The position numbers were made by a program, and so were the translations under genes. The notes beneath the pieces were generated by a model. The model was not told the origin of the DNA. It did not search any database and worked only from the letters and a program-made list of their open reading frames with translations. 64,000 nucleotides of DNA from Glaucostegus cemiculus (Eukaryota): the NCBI GenBank assembly GCA_976551045.1, contig CDPCPM010000207.1, positions 4,898,001-4,962,000 of the forward strand, in the 5' to 3' direction. Below, in pieces: positions 1-13,239 of the stretch (positions within the stretch are counted from its first letter, which is position 1; every line of letters starts with the position of its first letter).

Positions 1-2639
1 TTTTTTATCCTCTGGCACATTTCTAGATATACAGATCATTATCTCACTCTAATATCATCTCACAAATGGTAAGGAAAAAGCAACAGGAATGCCATTGCTA
101 TGTATTGAATGAATATACAGTAGGTTAGAAGCCAGTTGCATGCCAGATGCTGAGTGGTCATCTGGCCCTCCTGAGGGCAATGCAATTGGATGGATTGACA
201 TCAAGAGCCCTTAAGATTGTTCTTGACATCTGTACAACCAGGGTAAAGTGCCTGTTCCTTCTTTCAGAGACAGAGACTTACAGCTGGAAATTACGTGGAG
301 GAGAGGGAAAATAGGATTAAGATTTCATGAAGTGAGTTTCTTACTTCATCCAGAGTGGTACTAGGTAGGATTATTATAAAATGATCTCTGTGCCCCCAGG
401 CAAGAGGTGGATCCATTGTTTGCACTCTGGGGATATCAAATAAGGACCTCAAGGTGCTTAGGTGCAACATCCCATTATAAAATTGTGTTGCTCATCTGAT
501 GGGGGTAAGAAGGGCAGCTTGTAGGCATGGATCTGTATCCAAGCACAATCAGCAGAGAAGTGAAGAGTATTGTGGAGAAATGTAGGATATAGGAGGGGGA
601 TTAAAGCAAAATAGAAAATATTCCAGATACACACTTATAATTGAACAGCAAGTTCCTAAAGATTGTCAAAGGTAAATGAAAGTTCAGCAGGAACGCAAAA
701 TCTATTTCACTCTAACAGCAATGTATCACCAATCATTTCTGTACTCTGTACCCCAGTGCTTTTATCAATGTCATTAGTGTCATTAGAATTAACATACGCT
801 CACTGAGTTTTGTATTTTCTTGTTGCAGGTAATCATTGTTGGCTTATCTGGGATTATACAACAGTAAAATGATACCTCAGTGTATTGCAGGTTGTTCTGT
901 CACTGCACAGTGTGCAGTTGGAATCCATCAACAACAGAATTACTTTTCACATGTCTGAAATGCCTAAGGCATGTTGCCATACCTCAGACTGCACAGTGAA
1001 CGGGTAGAAGTGCTTTTCAAAGCTGAAATGTGCTTGAGAAACGTCAAAGGTATAAACTGTGAAAGAGGAACATGGGTGGATCGATCAAAATTATCCAGTT
1101 CCAGTCAATATGGTGCACTACTAATTTATGTCTAAACTCCTGTACGTTAGTAGACATAGTTATAAACACAATGATATCCTACTCACCTGCCTTCAGTTGT
1201 CCATTAAAATCTTGTAACTTTGCTCTATAAGGGAAAGGCTATTCAGTGCATCGTGTCTATGCCAACTCTGAAAGGTCTATATTCTTATGCCTAGGAAATG
1301 GATCTATTTTGGTACATTTTAATGCACACTTTGTGTTTGAAGCCATTGTGCACACATTGGACTTAGCTAGAGATTATTTCCAGGTCTTTAAGCAACCATT
1401 AGCAACCATTGGGAAATTGACATCAAATGCACACCAAATGATGTCATCCAGGGCACAGTAGCCATTTCTGTGTTTATTGATAGAAATTGGCTGTTAAAAT
1501 GCAACCTGTGGACTACAAGAGTAAAACTGGGAGCAAACACTACAACAAGTCAGCAAAGCAATGAGAATTAAAGGCTCCTCACTGGGCCATTGATGTCTTG
1601 CTCACAGCCCCTATTAAAGTACATTCTCTGTGCTTTACCTTCGTTCACAGGCATCACTGACAAAGATTGCAGCACCTCTAGATTATGCACCATAGGCAAG
1701 ATGCTGCAGTCACTGGCCCCTCGATGAGTCTATGCCTTGGACTCAAAACACAAGTACCTGGACCACAGCAGGGTGCTCTGCTCTTCTTCACTGCCACAAC
1801 CCTGTCATTTCCATACCATCTTGCACAGTGCTCAGTTGCCACAGTTATAAACACTCAATGGCTCGCTACCCAGCAAACAGTTCAGCAATGACGCAGCAGC
1901 TATAAGCTTTGTGAAATACACATACAAAATTTTTGTTCGCCGCTCAGGATGAAACCATCGATTTCCCAGTCTTTTTTCACTTCATCCAAAGGATGCTGGC
2001 ATTGCACTCAGTACCTATGTTGTACACAAAAAATGGTTGAACTCCAGTTTTGAGGCATTAATATTTACTATGACATTTTAAAAATACTTAATATCAACTC
2101 ATCAACTAACAGGAATGCCCCAGAGCTGATAAGTTCCCCTTGCTGACAAGGCTCGTCAGACCCAGCCTTCAACTTAACTTAGGTCTTATGCTGGCTGATA
2201 ATATGAGTATTCCACCTACACCCATTCATTCCATCTCTCCCATTTAATTCTTCCCAAATGTGCCTTAACTCCATCAAACAATTTTAATTGTTTTTGACCT
2301 AAACAATTTTTAAGCTACCTTTATACTGTAAGTAGGAAATTCTCTCCCCAGGATTGTCTAGATCAGGGCTCTGGCTTCTCAAAGGTGTCACATCACAGGT
2401 CACACAAAGATCACCAGACTCACGCACAGTCACCCAGCATATGGAAAATGATGTGACGGATGCCAGTCAACAGACCAACCAGGGCTATGGCCACAGAGTT
2501 TAAATCAAATAAGAAGAATGAAGGGAAGGCATTCTTTTACTAGACCCCTTTGTGATTTTCCCCATCTTTATCTCTATAACTCCCTCCATGATTGCAATCC
2601 CCCAAGATCTCTGGTATCTCCCGACTCTGGCCTAGATCT

Positions 2640-3080
2640 TAACCTTTCGCCAATTCTCTTTTGAAAGATGCTACTGAATCTGTATCCATTTGTATTTCAA
2701 ATCTTAACCTCTCATTTTATTTAATAATTACTTTTACTCATGTCACCAGCTTCTCCTGTCTTTCCACACAACCATAATCCCTCATTCTTTTAATCCTTCT
2801 CATATTTCTCTTCTGTGTCCTCAACAAAACCTTCACACCCTTTTCTAAACTATTGTGCTCACTAATGTACACAATTATCCATCTCGGGCTGCTCTCATAT
2901 CTATACAGGTTTAGCATAAGTTCCTGGTATTTGTACTCCATGCATCTATTTATGAGGTCCAGAATCAGACATGCCTCATCAACCACTTTATTAGACTGAC
3001 CCACCTCTTCACAGAATTATTCACATTTACCAGATGACTCTCACTCTTTACACTTCTCATAAATTTGCACAACTAGTCAC
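2640..3080 (-). mobile_element. old CR1 LINE ORF2 fragment
   Basis: ORF 2738-3004 LINRCMEYKYQELMLNLY...KVLLRTQKR resembles CR1 FINRGIEYKSKEVMLNLY...LERVQRR. Confidence 0.75.
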
Positions 3081-3431
3081 ATGGTCCCACTCCCAAGTAA
3101 TTGTAAATGTCACAGAGGGATGGGAATAACTTCTTCAACTGCAAATATAATTAGTCAAAGCAGAAAGACTGAAAGAAACAAAAATCAAATCCATGAATTC
3201 TAATGAAGTGTCCCACTCAAAATATTCATTCATCTTTTCTCTTTCAGGTGTTAGTTGATATGCTGCATGTTTCCAGCATCTTGCTCAGTTAAAGAACCGA
3301 TACCATTTAACAGAGCATCCAAACCTTTGAACTAACATTAGTCAACAGCAGAGAAAGAATTTCCGCAAGTATTAGATTGACTGAGATAGAAAATTCACCA
3401 TGACATCATGCAGGAGGAGAATTAAGAGAGT

Positions 3432-4005
3432 AGAAGAAAGAATAGCATTTATACAGTGTCTCTAATTTTGTTTTCAGAGTTTCCCCAAAGTGTTTCATAA
3501 ATAATGAAGTACTGTTAAACAATAGTCACTGTTGTATTATGGGACACACAAAAACTAATTTCCACACATTGGTGGCATCCGTTAGTCTTGTGAAACCATG
3601 GATCTGCGTATGGAGAGTCTTGCTTCAGTCATTAATGGTAGAGCAGCATCTGCTGTGACAGTAGAGGCCTACACGGGAGTGACAGTCTCGGCTGCAGCCA
3701 ACTTGCACACAACTGCTCCTGTAAAGAGCAATGTGAGAATGATCAGATAATCTTTTTTTTAGAAATGTTGATATTGGCCAGGTCATCAGGGATAACTCCT
3801 TTTAAAACGTGCAATGGGATCTTTTACATCCACTTGAGAGGGTAGATGAAATCTCAGTTTAGAATCTCATTTTAAAGACAGCACAGATCTCCCTTAGTAC
3901 CTCATTGGAATATCAACATAAATTTTTATGTTGTACTCTCAGGAGGGGGATTTGAACATATTTCCTCCTAACCGAGGGAGGGGTAAAAGTGCTACCAGCT
4001 GACCA
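3432..4005 (-). mobile_element. Deu-domain SINE (SacSINE1/AmnSINE1-related), near full length, with an internal insertion
   Basis: Minus strand Deu core CTCTCAAGTGGATGTAAAAGATCCCATTGCAC...GGAGTTATCCCTGATGACCTGGCCAATAT, a tRNA-like head near 4000, and a TATAAATGC...CTTTCTT tail at 3432-3455. Confidence 0.75.
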
Positions 4006-6969
4006 GTTGATAAAATTAGCTTGATCATAAAGTTCAGCTGCATGAAAACTACTGTGATTTCCTTTTTTAATTGGGTGTCACTCTGTTGGTTTCGACAGAG
4101 AAGAATCAGCTGCCAGTTCTTTCATAACAAATTAATTCAGCAATATGACTAAAGGCAGAGAAAATATATCAGTACCAGGGCTTCAGAAATATCTTTGTGT
4201 GATAAACCTGAGTGTCAATTCTCAACAGTTTTCAATAATGAATGCCTTCAACACAGGCTGCCAGCACATTTGCTACAGAAAGAAGTAAATATTGCATTAG
4301 AAAAGCAACTGCTATTTGTAAAGGTGACTAATTAAAGGAAACCACTCTATTAGCCACTAGCAGCCACAAATCCCTGTAATTGATAAATTGGGATACTTAG
4401 TGCAGCAAACACCCTAAGGTGTTCAATCTCCCCTCCTGCTTTTACCGGGTTAGAGGAGGAATGGAATTCTTACAGCAAGCGCTGGCTGGTTGAACAGCAA
4501 ACATTTTCATTGCAGTTCCGGGTTTCTGTCCGTGAAAGAAATGGGAGCTCCTGTAGATCTAAGTCCCTCCCTCTCTATTTAGAAGATATTGAATATCACT
4601 AAGAGCATACAGGGTCCAGAATCTTTGTGCTGCTTTGCCAGGAGGTTTTTTTTTATCCTGAATGAGCCAAACTGAGTATTTAAGCAGTTGTGATGGGCTC
4701 CAGAGTCCAGTCTTCCCTTCATCTGACGTCCAAAACCACACACTGTAAATATTTGCCTTTTTGAGCAAAAGGTAATCCATATTCTTAGGAAGAGTAGAAG
4801 GAACTTCACTCTGCCATGCTTAAGTATTGCATTCATGGAAATGGCTAATGCACAAAATTGGATATCTGGTGAAGTGATTTATTGAGTGGATAGAAAATTT
4901 ACCAAGGAAAAGAGATAATTATTAGAGATTTATAACATGGTAGGAAACCAGCAATATCCTCATTACTGCAGATTCCAGGCTACTGATTACTAACCTTGGG
5001 GATGTCCACTTTTATGGATCATATTTGTCCAATGAGACCATTAATGTGCATGTACCTCAGTTGGTCAGTAGTACCATCCATTGGTGTCTAATTTGGACTC
5101 CATCCAGCAATGAGGTGATTGGTCTGAGAGTGGTCCCCTCCAAACCTCCAGCCTCAATAATTCAAGCAGGGGAAACCAGTAACCCAGTGTGATAACTGGA
5201 GTGAATAGCTTGGCCTTCAAACCATGCATTGTCAGCAGATATAGCACCATCCTGGGTGATGGTTTGAACGTATCATTTATTACCTGACCAACCAGAAGAA
5301 AATTCTATTGAGATATCCCCTGCAATCTTTACAGGATTATTTTAAATACATCTGCATGCTGACCAGGCAAAGAGCTGCAGGAGAAATCAACTCATCACTC
5401 AGAAATAAGAGGTAAGCTTTGTCTCTGGAAAGGACATGAGCCAAGACAGTCTCAGCTCCATTTCATTTGGATGATGTCATACGTAATCTACTTAGAGGCA
5501 TTTTCAAAAGTGAGCATTAGCACTGCATTGCAAAAGCTACGTGTCCAAACACTTTCCCAGAAAGTTGGTCCTCTTCCACGTGGTAAGTGGAAACATGATT
5601 ATTAACAATCAATTAAAAGGAAACAGTTATTGATGTCTGTCCTAATGACAATTTTGTAAAATTAAAGTCTTTTTGTCTCCTTGGGTAATTCAAGTGGCTC
5701 ATTTTACTTTTAATCTCTTGCTCCCCATCCTCAAAATGCCTTCAACCAGAAACAATCAGATGGTGTGAGGGTGGAGGTGATGAGTGGTTAAAAAGGAGAG
5801 AGAAGGAATAAAAATCAGAGTAAATTTCTGGTTATTTTTGCCCCCTCATAACACAAGAAAATGTTTGGCTATCAATTCAGTCTGCCCCTGGTCCCTTTCT
5901 GCAGCAGTGTGTTGAATTTTTCAGTCTGCTAATATTGTTTCCTCCTCACTATAACCTACGTTGCTTATGCAAATACACACTTTTTATTCCAGCTCTGATT
6001 TCCAGGAGTGGGACTTCAATGACAAATAATCACCCTCTCCCAACCACTGCCCACCCCTTACCCCTCCCCCTAAACTGTTTGTACAAATCCATCCACTTCA
6101 TTTGCTGAGCATCAGTTTGCACAATGACAGTTATAAAAAAAAACAAGGATAAAAGCTTTGTCCCATATTAAGAGATGGGAACTTTGCATTTTCACAAAGG
6201 CAGTGTATATGTAACATACTTCGATGGGTGTGGGTGGATAAATTACTGGAACCAAATCTGTAGCCTTTATTTAACCTTTGTGAGGTAACACTACCAACAC
6301 TCTTAAGGTGTATTAGACAGATAGTTATTTAATTTTGCACAGCAGAAATTCTCTGTAATTTGAACATGAAGTAGTCACGGCAACAGACTTCAACATTTTT
6401 ATGGGGGCGGGGAGGGATTTTTTAAGTTAAAAATGATCATAGATGGTAACTGTACCACAGATGATTTGCACAGGATTATTTTTCTTTCTCTCTTTTATGA
6501 AGTAATTGTTTCTAAATAATCTGGTAATCTTTTAAAAAAATAATATAATTTAGGACAATTTTGCCCTTACATCTCTTTTTCAGTGAGTTACTCATCAAGT
6601 TTAGGTCAGCTTTATGCATTCAAATACCAACCCCAGATTCATTTAGATACAGACCAATTAGAGGCATTGTCTTCACAGAACTGCTTTTAACAATCCTTTC
6701 TCACTTGTTTGCATATCCACTAGATTACACAAAAAGCACGTCAACACACATGAAGACTGATTGTTAACCATTTGGACTTTTCTCCATCCTGAGGTAGTTC
6801 AGTCACCATGGGATGTAACCATTTGTATTCACAATGATTGCTTTCATTTAATTTACAAGGAACAATACCAGGGCTTGAAAGGGTTAAATTAAAAGGCTAG
6901 GTTGCATTCATTTACATCCAGGGAACAGCAGACAAATAATTGATTTATGCTCTGCATAAACTTCCTCAT

Positions 6970-7740
6970 CTATTCTGTTTCCTTTTCCCTTACTTTCATC
7001 CAGTTTCCCCTTTAGTTTCTCAGCTAATTTCCTCAGCTAATCCTTCTGGGGGGTGCATTTTATATTATTGATCCTTTTGGCAAAGAACATTCTCCTGATT
7101 TCTCCAACTGGAGTTATTGGAGACGATCTTGGAAATATGACCTGTAATTTAAGATGATACTCAAATCCTCATCAGGTCCTCTATTCAGTTATCCTTCAGT
7201 CTTTACTTTTCTGGAGACTTATTAGCTTTTCCTAAGAAACTATCCTCTCTGCTTCAGTATCCTTGTGAATATCTAGCCATTCCCATTTATAACTATTTCC
7301 TTTTTATTCTTTGGACAGTACTTCAAGTGGCCTAACCATATGGCACTTTGATATAACTTCCATGATTTTTGGTGCTCCGTCCTGAAGAAGGGAACTCAAC
7401 TGCTTTTTATTACAAACTTTAACTAATATTCCTATTAATATTTTGTGTATCTGTACCGCCGATCCCTTTGATCCTCTATTGCTTAAGTCTAGTTATCCAA
7501 ACAGTAGGTTACCTCTTCTTCTCACCAATGTACACAACCTTACACATACATATGTTGATTTTTGTTTATCTGTTGCAGCCCCATTCATCAGGCTTTTATT
7601 TATGTCTTTCTGTATTTTGTCATACTCTTTCTTATACTTCCCAATTTGATGCCATCTATAAGTTTTAAAATTACTCATTTGATTCCCAATGTAAATTGCG
7701 ACTGATTTCTGTGTTGCAATAGTTTCCACCAGTCTGAGTA
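6970..7740 (-). mobile_element. old CR1 LINE fragment
   Basis: Decayed RT-region peptide YDKIQKDINKSLM...DKQ, plus degraded downstream ORF2 and 3' sequence. Confidence 0.55.
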
Positions 7741-7859
7741 GCTACCATTAACCACTACTCTTTGTTGTCTGATTTGACTTGTCTCTTGAGTATTTGAAAA
7801 AAGCTTGATAGCACATACAAAAAAACCCACCTGGTCCTTAACTCTAAATACATGAAAAT

Positions 7860-8135
7860 TGTTCCTCTAGTGGAGAAATCCTGAACGAGTGAAATAGAAT
7901 TGGAGTGAAGCCAAGTAGCAAGTTTTTGGACAAAAATTTAAAACATTCTCCAGCAGAAAGCACTGGATCTTGGGATAATTGGAGTTTTGGAGCTCTCAAG
8001 ACTGTTAGATTTTCGTTAGTTGCACATCTCCCAATACATGAGGGGCAAAGGTGGAAGAGTGAAATTTTGGTGCAACTCAGTGCTGATTAATTGAATGGCA
8101 AAGCAAGTTTGAGGGGCAGAATGGCTAATATCCCA
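7860..8135 (+). mobile_element. old CR1 LINE 3' end
   Basis: GTTCCTCTAGTGGAGAAATCCTGAAC... ending GAATGGCAAAGCAAGTTTGAGGGGCAGAATGGCTA, a typical CR1 terminus. Confidence 0.6.
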
Positions 8136-11100
8136 AATTTAATCTCCTTATATTCCTTCTCCAGCTCCTAACAGCACTCACTTGCTGGAGCCAACGACTG
8201 CCCTCTGCTACTTCCCCAAGATGGCACAGTGGTTCCACCACTTACTAATTGGTGAACGAGTTGAGTACAGCCTGTAAACACATTATAAGGAAACACCAAT
8301 ATTTGCAGGCGTTTCCACAGCTCTCCAATCGAAGTTATGTTGGGCAATCAGGAGAATAAGAACTGAAATTCAACAGCAAAATGTTCAAAACTTTGCCAAT
8401 TAGCAAATATATTCCTGAGTGTATTTAAGAGAAATATTATTTTTTAAAAATCACTTTAGATCATCACAATTAGCAAGTATTGTCAATTTGCTAAGATGAC
8501 CCTATGGCCCATCAAGCCTGCCCCACACAGGTGGGTAATTGTTTGCCACAGAATATACACTGAGCAACCCACCAAGTAGGTAGGCAATGAAGATGTTGAA
8601 GATGGAAGCCAACATGGAAGAAAAAAATCAAGAGGTTTTTATTTTCTCTCTGACTCTGGGCAATCAGAATTATTCTTGAAGACCACTCAGGTCTCAATAG
8701 TTCTTTACTTTCCTATTGTTTGAAATTATCTTTGAGTCAGCCAGAAAAAAAATGTTCAGCTCTGTGTGCAAAATAGCTGGAATGTTTTGACCATATTTCA
8801 AAAGTACATCACAGCAAGTTCAGTACATGTGACAGGAGGTATAAAAATGTAAGTCTTTCTTTCCCCTCCAAGGGTTTCCGAAGGGATTTAAATTTGACTG
8901 AATTTTGAGGGGCACTTTAAACAGTGGCATTTTGTGTACATGCACACACATTTTCTTAATGTGTTTAATAATAATTGGAGAAGCCCATGAAATCACTTTA
9001 CCCTGCACAGATCCCATTTTCTTCACATTCTCTGCTGCTCTGGGTGCCTTATATTGCAAACTCTGCCTGCCAGCCTGAAGCCTTCGATAATTAAAAACAT
9101 GCACCCAGAAACTCACTACTGTCACAACAGTTATGACTATTGCCATGTACAAAATTTACCTACAGTTAAAACCAGCAGTCAATATGACAAGAGGTTTAAT
9201 AATTTAACAAGCTCTTCAAAATAATATAGATCAATCCATATTATTTAAAAAAGATTGGAAAACACAATTGTAGTTTGAATCCTGTTGCAAAATGACTGAG
9301 GCTATATCTGTTGCTCTCATTACAACATGATCTCCCCTAGGTATCCATGTAGATTGCACAAATGTTTCCACAGATAAACAACCCTGTTTTTGCCGATTGC
9401 TTCAATCGTGCATAATGAAGTTTTTGGCATCAACTGACATTAACATCTTCTATCTTTTTTTTCCTATTTTTCATTCTTAATACTGCGTTCCACAAGATTT
9501 TTCTATTTGACCTTCTCAACAAAAAGTACTGTGAACACTCATTAATGATCAAGCACAGATATGACACTTACATGGGTATCTATTTTACAAATTTGTTCAT
9601 ATGTATTAAAAACATAGTAATCTTTCCTGAACTGACTGCAACTGACAACCTTAATCATCCATTGTTTTCTGTAATATATATATAAGGGGCTTTGTTTTCT
9701 TATCCACAGGAGCTAAGCAAAATATCTCCATTATAATACACTTCTTGGTATGGATTTTCTATCTGAAATAAAGAATGGGATGGGCTGACTTCCTGAAATA
9801 TTTCTTTCTTTTCAACCAATCAGCTGTATGTTTCTGACATATTCTGCTTTTATTCCAGATTTCCAGCATTCACTATTTTTAAAAAAACTAACGTTATTTC
9901 CTTCTGGCATTGGATTTGTGCTTTCAGGTTCTTGGGATTGCCCATGTTCATCTAAGGTGATGGTGACCTTATTGTTATCTGAAATTTCATTGATATCAGG
10001 CCTCCTGCCCACTCTTTCGAGTGTTAACCTAAACAAAATAATTAAAAGAGCCTTATAAAGTTAATAAAAATGTACAATTTTTGATCCATTTATGGGTCTT
10101 CACACTGATTGCATTTGTAAAAATGGCAATAGGGAAAGGGAACATGCATAGCTGTGTTGCATATGTAGTATCACTACACTATGCCCTGCATACACGGTCA
10201 CAGAGAGAGAGTGAGAAGCTTCTGAAGAGACCAGAGGGGACACTCAAAGCTGAACAGTGCCTCACCACTGAATAGCCACAGGGAGACATTGTTCAGAACA
10301 CTCTGTTGAATCACCATGCTTATGCATGCGTGCATGAGGTGTGATGAGGTATCAATTCAGAGGGATCAGTGTGGGCCGCTCTGAAGACATCCATGAATGT
10401 GTCAATAGAGAAAAGAGAGAGAGACTGGGAACGGCGGGGCCCCCTCTCACTAATGATTGTCAAGCCTGCCCTTGAACCTCACCGGGCTTCGCCATTCCCA
10501 GGCTCTGAACAAGGGCTGAGGTATGCATGAGCCCAGCTGTGTGGGGGACGCAGCTATGGCTGAAGTCAGACAGTTTGACAGGCCCTGCTTTTTCACAGCA
10601 TAGCACAGGCCCAGGCATATTGCTCCTGGCAACAGCACAGTGCAGTGTCTCTGAACCAGGGCCTGTCTGAGGCACAGAAAGGCTCTGCAGAAGGGTGTAG
10701 CCTAACTCTGGCCTCTAATTGCTCACAAACTTTGCCCGTTATTATATGAAGCCAGACAGTGCTCACACACTCTGCATATATAATCAAGGATCATTCAAAT
10801 GAGGGCCAATGCTGGTGAAGACAACTCTCTCCCAGTTACAAGAAGGAAAAATACACCCTCACAGTCAATTATTGTTTCTTCCACCAATGTTTTTCTGAAA
10901 CAAAACTATAAATATTTTTCTTCTCAACATTTTAAAATTATTTTTCTTACCTATTCCTAAAACTAATTCTCAACCACTTTATGTAATTTATATCTCCCCT
11001 TAAAGAGTCTATCTGAAAAAGGGCCAAATCTGTGCAGCAATATTACAGCCTGGCATTCTCAATGCAGAGTCTTTTTGCAACCAGAATGTTTATGGTATTT

Positions 11101-11289
11101 TGGATGCAAGTTAAGGAGCTGAAAATGTACAGGCGATTGGCTTAATGCTGTTACGTGAAATCCTGCAACTGTATGTTGTGTCTTTACAGCAGGAAAGATA
11201 AAAGGTGAAGAGTTCCTTACTAATGTTGCCTCCATATTTGCCTGTATCTCTGGCAATTCTTTTACCAGTCCTTCTACACAGCAGGCACT

Positions 11290-11497
11290 TGAAATCTATA
11301 ACTCTCTTCCCCAAGGACACAGGGACAATTGAAGCTTTCAAGACTGAGGTCAATAGATTTTTTTTGTCAGGTAAGAGTATCAAAGGATGTGGAGCAAAGG
11401 TAGTTAAATGATGTTGAGGTGCAGTAAAACAAGTTCTAAATGCATAAAGGACCAGGTTCCGGGGCCTGAATGGCCTTTTCCTATTCCTAATGTTCCC
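11290..11497 (+). mobile_element. old CR1 LINE 3' end
   Basis: TIEAFKTEVNRFFLSGKSIKG then GGGGCCTGAATGGCCTTTTCCTATTCCTAATGTTCC. Confidence 0.7.
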
Positions 11498-13239
11498 AAT
11501 TAATATGATCATTCAAATCTTACTTTTAGCTCTTTGTATACAGGAGCACAATCTGAGTGCTTCCTCCGCCAAGGCTGATTAACATTTGAGGTAGAGACCC
11601 TTCATTAGAACCCAGTCTTACCTGAAATATTATGCTGCGCTTATCTCTGACCTGCTGGGTACTTACAACATTTTCTGCTTTTATCCTGCAAATAAGTCCA
11701 CCTTGTAAAGCCGTGCTTTGCTGTGAAGTGGCATCTGTGAATCCCTGCTTGTTTCAAACTTAATGGATGCATATTTTAATGTGTTAGGCCCTGATGTTAC
11801 CCTGTGGGGTGCAGACATGTTCTTCTGAAGCTCTTCTCTCTGCTGTTTTAATACAGCCCTTAACCCATTTTACAACTAATGTTCAGCAGAGAGAAGGCCT
11901 TCCATTAAGCATCCATGAAACTGTATCCCATGGCGCAGTCTCAGGTTCTGTGGTTTTCTGATGAATCAGTGCCAAGAGCCCTTTCCAAATGGTCATGCTG
12001 GAGCGTGCTTCCAACATTATCCTGGGATTTTGTGGCATTCCCTAACTGTGCTGATTTACATGACTGCAGTTGCTGACGACTTCAAAGCAGACCCAGGCTG
12101 CGGCTAAAACATTTGGGGTTACACCGGAAAAAAGAACCACACACATGCTTGAAACCCCCTCTGATCTGCACATCGTGCTCTTGAGTTTGAAAAAGGGACT
12201 ATTCGGGAGTAGCATCAATTTTAAGCCGGTCTCTTTTAGTGGGGAATGGTCCGTTGACCTTCTGAGTACTTTTGTCCCATGCTCTAATTTATACTGCATG
12301 TCTAGGACACAATGTTACACAGGCCTTTTTTAACCTGCAGTCCTTAATCTGTGTCTGGCCCCAGTGCGCTCTGATTTAATCATCATCAAATCCCTTTGTT
12401 TATTGTACTTTCACAGCAATTACTGAGATCCATTCTTTCTCCTCATTCTTGTGCACTTGAGATTTTTCCAGCCTTACATCTTTGGAGAAAATGATTTTTA
12501 TTTAACGGAATCTCACATCTCACAGTCCCTGTGGACTCAGCAAAGGAGTTGTTTTAGTGTTCTGAAAAATCAAGATGGATCAGATCAATTGAACGAGTGC
12601 TTCTCTTACACAGTAGCACATCCTTCTTACAGGAAGGTTTTATTTTATGCCCCCTTTTGTGCACAGAAAGAACACAAACCACTACAAAGGGAAAGAGGTA
12701 AGATAAAAGCAAGATTCTTGCCAGGGAGAGCAAAAGAGTTGCAGTAACATGCCCAAAAACTTAGCCAAAGCATTGAAAAAAAACAGCACAGCAACACCAC
12801 AAAGCACTGCATCAAAGGTTCCTTGTAGCCATTACAAAGCCTCTACAACAGCCATTCCTGGGATAATCATGCTTATCTGAAGATTAGGAGTTAGATATGC
12901 AGCTGAGGGGAGTCACATGAGTGAGCCCAAGGAAATCTACTTTAAACAATCCCTTCACAGGCTTGACCTCTCACTTTGCTTGGCCCATGTATGGAATGAT
13001 AGCCCCAGTTGAATTTCCGTTTCTCCATAACAACACCACATGTCAGGGCCACACAGTCAGATTACCTTCTGGTATAATAGCTGGATCTGACTTCCCTTTC
13101 TCTATTTTTCCTTCAAAAAAAAATCTACATGTACTGCAAATCTTCACTGTGCAATACCCAGTTTCTGAGTGATGCTGGACATTTTCACAACGATTCTCCA
13201 TAGGAAGGGATGTGAGACACCCACTTCTGCATTACTTTA

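Noticed and set aside
808-834. Polypyrimidine-CAG|GTAAT, resembling a recursive splice site (similar at 61305-61320)
   Set aside because: On the plus strand, opposite to the only supported transcript, and expected by chance in 64 kb of AT-rich DNA.
1187-1224. Possible 38-nt minus-strand micro-exon (TTTCCCTTATAG ... CAG|GTGAGT)
   Set aside because: The acceptor lies at the end of a decayed repeat, there are no partner exons, and the peptide is unrecognisable.
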